Assembly (NCBI GenBank): GCA_030141605.1
Contig: JAQGDQ010002166.1
Span: 1 to 12,176, forward strand
Reading direction: 5' to 3'
Length of the DNA stretch: 12,176 nt
Origin: Tubiluchus corallicola
Lineage: Eukaryota; Animalia; Priapulida
Numbering within the stretch: the stretch's first letter is position 1; each line of letters opens with the position of its first letter. Made by a program: the position numbers and the translations under genes. Positions 1 to 9,245 of the stretch are shown piece by piece. The notes under the pieces are model-generated. The model made no database searches. It saw only the letters and a list, made by a program, of their open reading frames with translations, and had not been told where the DNA came from.

Positions 1-631
1 CATCACAATTAATCAATTAGCTTGTCCACCTGACTTTATCCGTTGAGCGAGGTCATCATAATTAATCACTTAGGTTGTCCACCTGACTTCATCTTTTGAA
101 CGAGGTCATCACAATTAATCAATTAGCTTGTCCACCTGACTTCATCTTTTGAGCGAGGTCATCATAATTAATCACTTATCTTGTCCACCTGACTTTATCT
201 TTTGGGCGAGGTCGTCACAATTAATCACTTAGCTTGTTCACCTGACTTTATCTTTTGGGCGTGGTCATCATAATTAATCACTTAGCTTGTTCACCTGACT
301 TTATCTGTTGAACGAGGTCGTCATAATTAATCACTTAGCTTGTCCACCTGACTTTATCTTTTGGGCGAGGTCATCATAATTAATCACTTAGCTTGTTCAC
401 CTGACTTTATCTGTTGAACGAGGTCATCATAATTAATCACTTAGCTTGTTCACCTGACTTTATCTTCTGGGCGAGGTCATCATAATTAATCATTTAGGTT
501 GTCCACCTGACTTTATCTTTTGGGTGAGGTCATCACAATTAATCACTTAGCTTGTCCACCTGACTTTATCTTTTGAGCGAGGTCATCATAATTAATCACT
601 TAGCTTGTTCACCTGACTTTATCTTTTGAGC
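1..631. repeat. 53-bp minisatellite, about 12 copies, open at the window's left edge
   Basis: Unit catcataattaatcacttagcttgtccacctgactttatcttttgagcgaggt starts at 1, 54, 107 ... 584, with point variants and no spacers. Confidence 0.97.
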
Positions 632-662
632 ATGTTTATGACAATTATATTTTTTCTTATAG

Positions 663-746
663 TGCAAGAGGGGCTCTTGATTTGGAGACACTGAGTAACG
701 ACATTAGGACTGACATTGAGCGAAATGAAGCCAAGCTCATGCACAG
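663..746 (+). CDS. DNAH12: Axonemal dynein heavy chain (DNAH12-like), internal exon A (84 nt, phase 2/2): ARGALDLETLSNDIRTDIERNEAKLMH
   Basis: Acceptor tttttcttatAG (661-662) and donor AG|GTatta (747). The terminal AG joins the first C of the next exon to give Ser in ...KLMH-S-WHPKIV, which resembles my recollection of DNAH12 'EEKIMNTWYPKVI'. Confidence 0.85.
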
Positions 747-953
747 GTATTATGCTGTTGCTTTGAAAAGAGACCTACACTCACATCTCGGTTTGCTGGA
801 CCTCGTTTTTACGGATATCGGAAGAATCCGGCAAAATCTGGTCCGTTAAAAAGTCGCATACTACAGACACAGTCTGTTGGTTTGTGAGCTGACCGCTAGT
901 TGGAGAGGCATCACTTGTTTAAATCATTACATCAGTGTAACCATGTATTTGTC

Positions 954-1319
954 TGTTGTGGAGATGGCTGGCATCTATTAGAATTAAATAGAACATTGTA
1001 GAACATTCCGGTAGAATAATCGTCTTACCTTGTAGAATGTTCTAGAAAGAAACGTCTAGAATCTTCCATGGCACCCTATATAAGGCGAAGCAGGCCGCTG
1101 AGACACACGCTGATTCACACGATGCCACTTACACATTCTCTTGTATACTTGCATTTTCAGATACACTTAAACGTTTTCCAAATTTTCACGTTTACTGTAA
1201 ACATTTCGCGTTCCTTCATACTTTTGTGTTGTAGAATTCTCGCTTAATAAACTAGTTTAATCTGACGACGTGTTTTCTGGTTTTCTCTACGAGCCTTCAG
1301 AGAGAAACAAAACACAACA
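954..1319 (+). mobile_element. Solo LTR (366 bp) of an LTR retrotransposon; superfamily (BEL/Pao or Ty3/gypsy) not resolved
   Basis: Inverted termini TGTTGTG (954-960) and CACAACA (1313-1319), TATATAA at 1077-1083 and AATAAA at 1246-1251. The block is absent from the related MITE copy at 9688-9900. The flanks ttgtc/atatc fit a decayed 5-bp target duplication. Confidence 0.85.
990..1083 (+). promoter_or_regulatory. Heat-shock-element-like nGAAn arrays plus a TATA box in the LTR U3 region
   Basis: aGAAc-aTTGt-aGAAc-aTTCc (990-1009), perfect aGAAt-gTTCt-aGAAa (1034-1048), aGAAa-cGTCt-aGAAt-cTTCc (1048-1067), then TATATAA (1077-1083). The motifs are seen directly; function is inferred. Confidence 0.65.
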
Positions 1320-1981
1320 ATATCTCTCTATATATAAATATAGAGTTAATTATGCAGAGTTATTTGAGTCAGTTACCAACAGTTTTTATATACTTTTGCG
1401 TAGAAGCGTACTAGACGTTTTTGAGACAGTTAGACGTTTCATTCTGCATTACCTTGAGTTAAATACACGGAGTTTATCGTATTAGCTTAGCATCGGTAAA
1501 TACGGACATTCGGCAACTTCTCACCGATGTCTCCCCGCTTTTGTCTGGCAAACTGAGCTGTGAGTGTATTTCCTGTACTGATAAATATAAGGTGCTTCTT
1601 TCAAAACAACGATAAACTTATTATGCACCAGAAAAACTAATTGTTAGTTCCTAGGTAAGACGTGACACTGAATTATCTGCCACACACGCGCTTTTGTGTA
1701 GATGAATTCAGTAAAGTTGTGCGTGTGTCATGATCATCAAATTCTATTTGAATTAGCTTTCGCACAGTCAGCAAGAAATTTTGTGTTCTAGTTGTTTTCG
1801 CACTGTGGTTTGATTCACAGTCGAATTATTTGAGTTGCAAGTTATACTACTAGGACTGGATGTGTGTCATTAAGTCAGCTTTAATTCCTAGCCAGAGTGT
1901 TGGTAGTTATTTGAAGTGTGCTAGTTTTTCATATGTTGACATGTTCCACCATTCATTTCAACTAGTTTTGTTTACCATTAG

Positions 1982-2285
1982 CTGGCACCCGAAGATTGTA
2001 GCCATGTACATGGACAGGTACCCTCTTACCAAAGTGAAACCGCTGAAACGTGCTGCCATCTATCGTTGCGTTCAGACACTCATCGCTAATCAGGTGAACT
2101 CGATGCTGCTGCGCACTGTTCATCGCTGGGTGGAGCTGTTTGAAAAGGGAAGCACGTTGGAGATGCCACTGTTGCGGATGCAGCTCATCTGTGATGAGGG
2201 GGAGATGCAGTATTATCCGAGTTACAAAGATTTGGAAAGTGCACTGCTGGAAGTGGCAATGGAAATAGCAAATAGCATGCAACAT
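1982..2285 (+). CDS. DNAH12: Dynein heavy chain exon B (304 nt): WHPKIVAMYMDRYPLTKVKPLKRAAIYRCVQTLIANQVNSMLLRTVHRWVELF...MQYYPSYKDLESALLEVAMEIANSMQH
   Basis: Acceptor ttttgtttaccattAG (1980-1981) and donor CAT|GTacgt (2286). It is the core of track ORF 1860-2318. It resembles recalled DNAH12 motifs (FYSCVSTLMSNQ, MEFYPTFQDLE); the similarity is from memory, not a search. Confidence 0.92.
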
Positions 2286-2427
2286 GTACGTTTTTGCTTA
2301 ATACAGGATTGGGCTTGAAATTTTTATTACATGCACATAAAAATGTTGATAGCTAAAAACAGCACAACTTTATTAAACACTTTTACATTAAAAAGTTAAA
2401 AGTTAAAATCATGACAAACATTTCTCC

Positions 2428-3080
2428 TTCATTCGTTCATTTATTCATTCATTCATTTGTTTGTTCACTCATTCATTCAGTGATTCAGTCATTTGTTCGT
2501 TTGTTCGTCCGTCCGTCTGTCCATTCGTTCATTCATTCATTCATTGATTCACTCATTCATTCATTCATTTGTTCATTCATTCATTCATTCGTTCATTTGT
2601 TTGTCCATCCGTCTGTCCGTTCGTTCATTCATTCATTCATTGATTCACTCATTCATTCATTCGTTCATTCGTTCATTCATTCATTCATTCGTTCATTTGT
2701 TCATTCATTTGTTGATTGATTCATTCATTCATTTATTCGTTCATTCAGTCATTCATTCGTTCATTCGTTCATTCATTCATTCGTTCATTTGTTCATTCAT
2801 TCGTTGATTGATTCATTCATTCATTTATTGGTCTATCCATTCATTCATTCACTCACTCATTCTGGAATTAGTTCATTCATTCTTTCCTTTATTTTTTTAT
2901 TTATTCATTTATTTATTCGTTAATTCATTCATTCATTCATTCGTTCATTCATTCATTCACTCACTCATTCATGAATTCGTTTGTTCATTCATTCCTTTAT
3001 TTATTCTTTAATTCATTCATTCATTCATTTGTTTGTTCAATTTTTCATTCGTTCATTTATTCATTCATTCATCATTCATT
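2428..3080. repeat. Degenerate (TTCA)n tetranucleotide microsatellite, about 650 bp
   Basis: Continuous ttca/ttcg/tttg units. It produces the spurious FIHS-repeat ORFs at 2411-3011. Confidence 0.97.
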
Positions 3081-3180
3081 TTAGTGAACTTGAAAGTGTT
3101 GTCTAAGTGTCTTGAATAAATTTATAAATAAAGAAGAAATGCATGTTCATGTTTTGTTAAAATACTTGAGTTTCTTATAG

Positions 3181-3334
3181 ATACCAACCATCCAGTCTTG
3201 GCTGTCAACACAAGACAACCTCACAATGACCGCTTGTGCCATTGATGAAAAGACGATGGGCGAGTGTGGGAATCGACTGAGCGCCGTACTGAAAGAGCAC
3301 TGTAAACCGATAGAGGAGCACTTGAGTTACTACG
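3181..3334 (+). CDS. DNAH12: Dynein heavy chain exon C (154 nt): IPTIQSWLSTQDNLTMTACAIDEKTMGECGNRLSAVLKEHCKPIEEHLSYY
   Basis: Acceptor tttcttatAG (3179-3180) and donor G|GTtaga (3335). Phase 0 in, phase 1 out, matching both neighbours. The TIxSWLS motif is present. Confidence 0.9.
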
Positions 3335-3689
3335 GTTAGATGTTGTCAATTCAACCTTTTTTATTTACAATACTCTGTCTGCTGATTTGTGAAAAATAAG
3401 AGTGCAAAAATTATTTTCTTACAGAAGCATAATTTTTTGAAGATGTGTCGCTGGCTGTGTGTCACGTTCTGTTTGAACTCATCCGTGTCTCATCGCCCAA
3501 ACATGTCTACGGGGGTGTATTTACAATAATAGGCTGACTAGGCTGTGGCCCCGGGGTGACAGTTTCTGGGGGCCCAGTGTCGTGAACTTCTTATTCTCGG
3601 AAAATGCATATTCATTTCATATTCATATAGAGCACGCATAATATAACATACCAAAAGTAGTTACGCACTCAGCTTTTGTATAGGCTTCA

Positions 3690-4355
3690 TATGTGTGCTT
3701 GTATAGCAAAATCGTTCATAAGTCGGTAGCTAAGTTTTTCTAGTTATTCACATATCCTGAATCTCCATTTCATGAGGATCATTTTGATACCAAGTTCATC
3801 ACTCTATATTATTTCTAAGCTGAGATAATCCACGTTGAAGTTGAGGTGCAGGCTGCACACTGAAAAGCGTAATCTTGAGAAAATCGCTGTTAAAGTCAGC
3901 CATTGTTTTTTGTTGTGTTTCTGCAAAACACTTAGCAACCGCACAAATGTTGGTTGCTATGGACTTTGCAAGAACACTTTGAAGTTATGTTTAAATCCAG
4001 TAGATGGCTCTTCTTGACAAAGATCTGGGCTTGGCAACAGAAAAAACCCAAAGCAAAATGTCTGCTTCTGCGAGCTACTGCCAAGTGTGAAGATACAATT
4101 TTTGCAAACGCATTAATAGTTTCTAGCTAGAAAATGGGTTAGGGGGTTAGAAAGTTAGATTTTTAGTGTCTTTTTAACATTTTCTTGATAATTTAATGCT
4201 AGAATATAAAAATTCAATATATGTAGTATTTGTTTTTATAAAAAACAAAAAAACGACATTTAACCAAATTTTTGGTGCATTCTACTTCGAAGCATCGTAA
4301 CGTAGTTTTAAGTATGCCGACTTATGGACAGTTTTGGTTTGTATACACACACATA
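3690..4355 (+). mobile_element. Non-autonomous TIR element (family 2), apparently full length
   Basis: Inverted ends: tatgtgtg...caaaatcgttcataagtcgg (3690-3726) against ccgacttatggacagttttg...cacacata (4317-4355). Related pieces lie at 6865-7040, 7221-7382 and 8545-9140. Confidence 0.72.
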
Positions 4356-4616
4356 ATAAATAAATACATTATTACATAAAAGTTACTACACCACAAACAA
4401 TTGTGCAACGTCTTAGATGTAAGAATTAGCTAATGCAATTAACAAAAATTATGTAGGTACTAGAGAATAGCGATACTAATATACGATAAGTAATTGTATG
4501 TTGTGCTTATATATAAGCAAGCCTAAATCCGGAATAGAGTTGTCAAGACTGTACCTTCTCATGTAACTATGTTGTTTCGACCTTATCTCACTAAAATACT
4601 CTAACCAAAACTAGTT

Positions 4617-4761
4617 ACTTTCTGTAGTAAGCTATGAAAAATATGCACTTTCTGTAGTAAGCTATGAAAAATATGCACTTTCTGTAGTAAGCTATGAAAA
4701 ATATGCACTTTCTGTAGTAAGCTATGAAAAATATGCACTTTCTGTAGTAAGCTATGAAAAA
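4617..4761. repeat. 30-bp tandem repeat, about 4.8 identical copies
   Basis: actttctgtagtaagctatgaaaaatatgc at 4617, 4647, 4677, 4707 and partially at 4737. Confidence 0.97.
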
Positions 4762-4924
4762 AATTGAAAATTCTAGGGGACAAAGTTGTTCATTTTGCTG
4801 TATATCTCAAGATAAAGACAATTTTGTAGGCATGTCAAACTGTTTACTGATATGGTTACAAACAATTTATGTTTAGAAGCTGTTTACAAGCAATAAGATA
4901 CAAGCTTTTGCATTTACAGTGAGT

Positions 4925-5133
4925 TCAATCAATCAATCAATCAATTTATTTCACTCTTTATGAAAGTCTTGCTTTCGTTTCACTTAATGTCGCATTTTGC
5001 TGGAACGCATTAACATCGTTAAGTACTTACATCCTTACTGTACGTTAAAACACTGCAAACGGTTAAAAGCATTGCAGCATTTTTCAAGATGCAACAAATA
5101 GTCAATCAATCAATCAATCAATTTATTTCACTC
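4925..5133 (-). repeat. Two identical 32-bp (TCAA)5-tttatttcactc motifs; possible 3' tails of a non-LTR retroposon on the minus strand
   Basis: 4925-4956 and 5102-5133 are identical. The minus strand reads gagtgaAATAAA(TTGA)5. Confidence 0.5.
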
Positions 5134-5281
5134 CAGCAATACATATACAATACATCAACGTACAATATTATTGAAACAAAAAGAAACAGTATAGGTAAAA
5201 AAAATGCTGATGAAGTCAAATTAACCAAATAAAAGAGTTGCTGTATGACACCTTGAAAGCTGGGCTTGTTAAAGTGGCACA

Positions 5282-5925
5282 GATGAGTGAATGAAAGAAT
5301 GGTTAGGGTTAGTAGACAGGATGGAATGGAAAAAAATAGTATGATTAGGGATAGGAAGAAGGAAGAGAGGAGTGGATGAGCGAATGAAAGAATGGTTAGG
5401 GTTAGTAGACAGGATGGAATGGAAAAAAATAGTAGGATTAGGGATAGGAAGAAGGAAGAGAGGAGTGGATGAGCGAATGAAAGAATGGTTAGGGTTAGTA
5501 GACATGATGGAATAAAAAAATAGTAAGATTAGGGATAGGAAGAAGGAAGGGAGGAGAGGATGAGTGAATGAAAGAATGGTTAGGGTTAGTAGACATGATG
5601 GAATAAAAAAATAGTAAGATTAGGGATAGGAAGAAGGAAGAGAGGAGAGGATGAGTGAATGAAAGAATGGTTAGGGTTAGTAGACATGATGGAATAAAAA
5701 AAATAGTAAGATTAGGGATAGGAAGAAGGAAGAGAGGAGAGGATGAGTGAATGAAAGAATGGTTAGGGTTAGTAGACATGATGGAATAAAAAAAATAGTA
5801 AGATTAGGGATAGGAAGAAGGAAGAGAGGAGAGGATGAGTGATTGAAAGAATGGTTAGGGTTAGTAGATATGATGGAATAGAAAAAATAGTAAGATTAGG
5901 GATAGGAATAAGGAAAAAAGGAGAA
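5282..5925. repeat. Purine-rich minisatellite of 91-93 bp, about 7 copies, containing TTAGGG motifs
   Basis: Units start at 5282, 5375, 5468, 5559, 5650, 5742 and 5834. Each has ggTTAGGGTTAG and aTTAGGGatagg. Confidence 0.96.
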
Positions 5926-6130
5926 GAAACGACCACAGCGTATGTTTAATTTACATTGAGGTTTATTAAAATTGCATAATAATTGATTGGAGGCCATATA
6001 TTGGGACTGCATGAGACATGGAACCATCATTTGGGCAGCTTTTAGTATATAAACATGAAAAATAATTTGGGAAGCCTGCGAATTGTTCCGTTTATTATAG
6101 TGGTTGCTGTTTCAAAGGCTGAAGCTATTA

Positions 6131-6522
6131 CAGTCTAGTCTCGTTATCTCGCCACTGTCTGTCTAGGGCAAATTTATGGCAAGAGGCGAGTATGGCGAGA
6201 TAACGGGAATATAATGAAGTTAGTCTATATGTATATACATAATAGTTATAATGGAAACTCAAACTTAAACGCAGCTTTGATGTTATAGAGTAAGGATATC
6301 GGTGACGCTTTAGTTTCTCTGCGCATTAACCAACCACAGCACTCCTAATCTAATCCTGGTGAGACACACACTAGATTAATTATGTCTGTCTATCGAGTAC
6401 AGCAGCATTGTCTACATACCGCGGTTATATTGATCGACACGCGGTATATGTATCGATCGATTCACCTCTGAGTTTCTCTGTTTGGCGACATAACGGGGGG
6501 GCGAGATAACGAGGCTAGACTG
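6131..6522. mobile_element. MITE (family 3, pogo/Tigger-like Tc1/mariner), 392 bp
   Basis: 23-bp TIRs: cagtctagtctcgttatctcgcc against ggcgagataacgaggctagactg, one mismatch. The left flank is TA and the right is TG. The ggcga(g/c)ataac motif recurs subterminally near 6194 and 6484. Confidence 0.88.
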
Positions 6523-6557
6523 TGAATTACTAATGCACTTAAATTCATTTTTTGCAG

Positions 6558-6649
6558 TGGAAAAATACAACTATTTGATAAATGGTGATGCACAGGGAAG
6601 ATTGGACACATTTCTGGCGTCTGATCACACATTCCAGGAGTACGTCGAG
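6558..6649 (+). CDS. DNAH12: Dynein heavy chain exon D (92 nt): (V)EKYNYLINGDAQGRLDTFLASDHTFQEYVE
   Basis: Branch-like TACTAAT (6528-6534), acceptor ttttttgcAG (6556-6557) and donor GAG|GTaatt (6650). It resembles recalled DNAH12 'VEKYNWLLDG...DHTFDEY'. Confidence 0.92.
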
Positions 6650-6864
6650 GTAATTTTTACGGCGATAACCGCCCAATATTCTGCTTTGACGCAAGAGTCA
6701 CTTTTACGGTGTGTGAATAAATATTCACTTCCGTTGGCGGAGTTCGCGTTAGTTGATAGTGAATTCCGGTAACATGAATAGGTATTTTTGAAAATACGAG
6801 TTTTTGGCAATCACAGTATGGAGTTTTTACAGAGAGAAGTGAGTACGGGGTTATAAAATTAACT

Positions 6865-7040
6865 TTTTAGTATTTTTTTAACATTTTTTGGATAGTTTGA
6901 TGCTAGAATATCAAAGTCCAACATACTTGGCATTTGTTTTTTTATTAAAAAAGAAAAAAATGACATTTGAACAAATTTTTGGTGCATCGTACCTTTAAGC
7001 ATCATAGCATAGTTTTAAATATGCCGACTTCTGGACGATT
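6865..7040 (+). mobile_element. Family 2 fragment (right arm)
   Basis: Direct-orientation similarity to 4160-4330 (tgctagaatat, tttttggtgcat, tatgccgactt). Confidence 0.75.
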
Positions 7041-7220
7041 GCAAGCATATTCACTTCTGTTGGTGGAATATATATTTAAACCAGGGCATTTGAAATGAGG
7101 TGAAATGTAAACTTAAAATGAGAAAAACGAATCAGGGACTATTTCAAATTATTTGTAAGGACAAAAAATGCAATTAAAGCGAAAAATCTTGCCGTTAAAG
7201 GACAGGCGTCGCGGTACACC

Positions 7221-7382
7221 CAGCCTGCACCTCAACTTTTTGAATTATCTCAGGTTAGAAATAACACAGAGGAGTTACCTTGATATCAAAATGCTCCTAA
7301 TGAAATAGAGATTTGAGAAACGTGAATAACTAGAAAAGCTTAACTGCCAATTTCCGGACATTTCTGCTGTACAATTGCACAT
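7221..7382 (-). mobile_element. Family 2 fragment (left arm, inverted)
   Basis: cagcctgcacctcaact...tagaaataacacagag...tatcaaaatg matches the reverse complement of 3691-3855 and matches 8635-8740 directly. Confidence 0.75.
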
Positions 7383-7484
7383 TTGACGATTGAACTTGCA
7401 ATGTTATAATGATATGTATTTTGGATCGCTAAAGTTTGTTTTCTTCGTAGCTGCTTCACTTTGTTTTTCCATTTTCGTTTTTAG

Positions 7485-7663
7485 TACATTGCCGAGCTAC
7501 GCGAAATCGCCAGGGAAGTTTGGACGGAGACGCCGATCCTCGAGACGCCCCTCGTTTACCTGGAGTGTGATGATCTGAAGCGGAGTCTGGCGGACATTGC
7601 TAAGCGATGTGCGAACGAACTCCTAGACAGAATGGCTTCCGACCAGCTGAAGGAAGTGCAGAG
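7485..7663 (+). CDS. DNAH12: Dynein heavy chain exon E (179 nt): YIAELREIAREVWTETPILETPLVYLECDDLKRSLADIAKRCANELLDRMASDQLKEVQ
   Basis: Long pyrimidine tract with AG at 7483-7484 and donor AG|GTgaat (7664). It has the LxCxDLK motif. The coding frame differs from track ORF 7390-7578. Confidence 0.9.
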
Positions 7664-7845
7664 GTGAATTGTTTTGTTACGCCACCTATGGGCAATGAAA
7701 TAGGTGGGAGAGCAGTTGCTGAACATTAAACGTTGCCCAGAAGTAATAAGCCTGTTAGCCTTTTCAATAAAAAATAAAATAAAAAAACTATCATTAACAA
7801 GTCACGAAGAATTATATTATAACATCTATACTATCATGTACATAG

Positions 7846-8058
7846 ATAACATAATTATCAATACTGAAATAACATAATTATAAATACTGAAATAGCATAA
7901 TTATAAATACTGAAATAGCATAATTATAAATACTGAAATAGCATAATTATAAATACTGAAATAGCATAATTATAAATACTGAAATAGCATAATTATAAAT
8001 ACTGAAATAGCATAATTATAAATACTGAAATAGCATAATTATCAATACTGAAAGAGCA
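7846..8058. repeat. 23-bp AT-rich tandem repeat, about 9 copies
   Basis: Unit aatactgaaatagcataattata, with period 23 (tactga at 7862, 7885 ...). Confidence 0.96.
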
Positions 8059-8544
8059 CCATACTAAAACACAGCAGAACAATTAGCCTGGCTAGCCCGC
8101 AGGTCTAAATGTTCCAAGCAGATCTGTCTTACACAGCTTAAATACAGAAAACTAGAACACTATTAATGTAAAAGGTCATTCAGAAGCGAATAAGTACAGT
8201 AAGATTAGAGGGAAATTTAAGCTATATCAATGCTGTAACAAGCCTAAAAAGGGGAGGGAATGAGATGAAAAAATGAGCAAAAATGAGCAAGAAGACACAA
8301 TGTAATATTTAAAAGTCAAGTTAATCAACGCGAAGTAATAACACCACCGTTGACGCAAGACAAAGTAAACATAGTCGCGTTTCATATTTTTCTTTTAGCT
8401 CTTAGTATTAGGAGCAGCCAGTATTTTAAACAATAAAGGCATTCGTATTTGAAAGCGCCAGTAAATTTCCGCCTGTCAGCACCTGCACTCATGCGCACCG
8501 ACGAACACAAGGACACGTAACTACTGACAACATTTAATTTTAAT

Positions 8545-9140
8545 TTGTGCGCTGCTAAGTGTTTTGTAGAAACGCAACAAAAAACAATGGCTAACTTTAA
8601 CAACAATTTTCTCAAGATTATGTTTTTCAGTGCCTAGCCTGCACCTCAACATCAATGTAGATTATCTCAGCTTAGAAATAACACAGAGCAATGAACTTGG
8701 TATCAAAATGATCCTCATGAAATGGAGATTCAGGATACGTGACGAAAAACAATGGCTGACTTTAACAGTGATTTTCTCAAGATTATGTTTTTCACTGTGC
8801 AGCCTGTACCTCAACTTCAACGTAGATTATCTCAGCTTAGAAATAACACAGAGCAATGAACTTGGTATCAAAATGATCCTCATGAAATGGAGATTCAGGA
8901 TACTTGACAAAAAACAATGGCTGACTTTAACAGTGATTTTCTCAAGATTATGTTTTTCACTGTGCAGCCTGTACCTCAACTTCAACGTAGATTATCTCAG
9001 CTTAGAAATAACACAGAGTGATGAACTTGGTATCAAAATGATCCTCATGAAATAGAAATAAAGAAATAGTGAATGTGAACGAGTTAAAAAAGCTTAATTG
9101 CCGACTTATGGACGATTTTGCTGTGCAAACACACATACAC
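8545..9140 (-). mobile_element. Family 2 left arm (inverted) with an internal 165-bp tandem triplication
   Basis: Reverse complement of about 3691-3947. aaaacaatggct recurs at 8581, 8746 and 8911. It ends in ccgacttatggacgattttgctgtgcaaacacacata. Confidence 0.85.
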
Positions 9141-9245
9141 AGAATGTACACTCTTGCATAAGGTGAACTTTGTCGCTGGAGAACGTATTTTTTTAACTAA
9201 AAGTAAACAAACAAACAAACAAAAAATCGTACTCTTGTTTTTCAG

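Larger units (their letters stand above)
778..1566 (+). mobile_element. Non-autonomous TIR element (MITE family 1, Tc1/mariner-like), interrupted by a solo LTR
   Basis: 24-bp TIRs: cactcacatctcggtttgctggac (778-801) against 1543-1566, 20/24 identical. TA lies on both sides (776-777, 1567-1568). Internal segments recur inverted at 9688-9900 and 10142-10475. Confidence 0.82.

Noticed and set aside
1-631. CRISPR-like appearance of the regular arrays (also 4617-4761, 7846-8058 and 10821-11462)
   Set aside because: The units are head-to-tail with no unique spacers, there are no cas genes, and the context is a spliceosomal-intron gene.
1962-2285. Antisense ORFs over exon B and exon H (11860-12162)
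   Set aside because: They are shadows of the real coding frame on the opposite strand.
2411-3011. FIHS-rich ORFs of 102, 104 and 67 aa
   Set aside because: They are translations of a stop-poor (TTCA)n microsatellite in several frames.
3510-3578. GC-rich patch resembling the end of another small DNA element
   Set aside because: No convincing partner terminus or second copy was found in the window.
5206-5260. Possible hammerhead ribozyme core (CTGATGA...GAAA)
   Set aside because: I could not build a stem II closing directly on GAAA or convincing stems I and III. An Infernal search with Rfam hammerhead models would settle it.
5269-5779. Minus-strand repetitive ORFs (also 4601-4783)
   Set aside because: They are read-throughs of minisatellites, with frames broken by A-run length variation.
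8630-9055. 141-aa ORF with 55-aa repeats
   Set aside because: It is a by-product of the 165-bp triplication of a non-coding element arm and has no recognisable domain.
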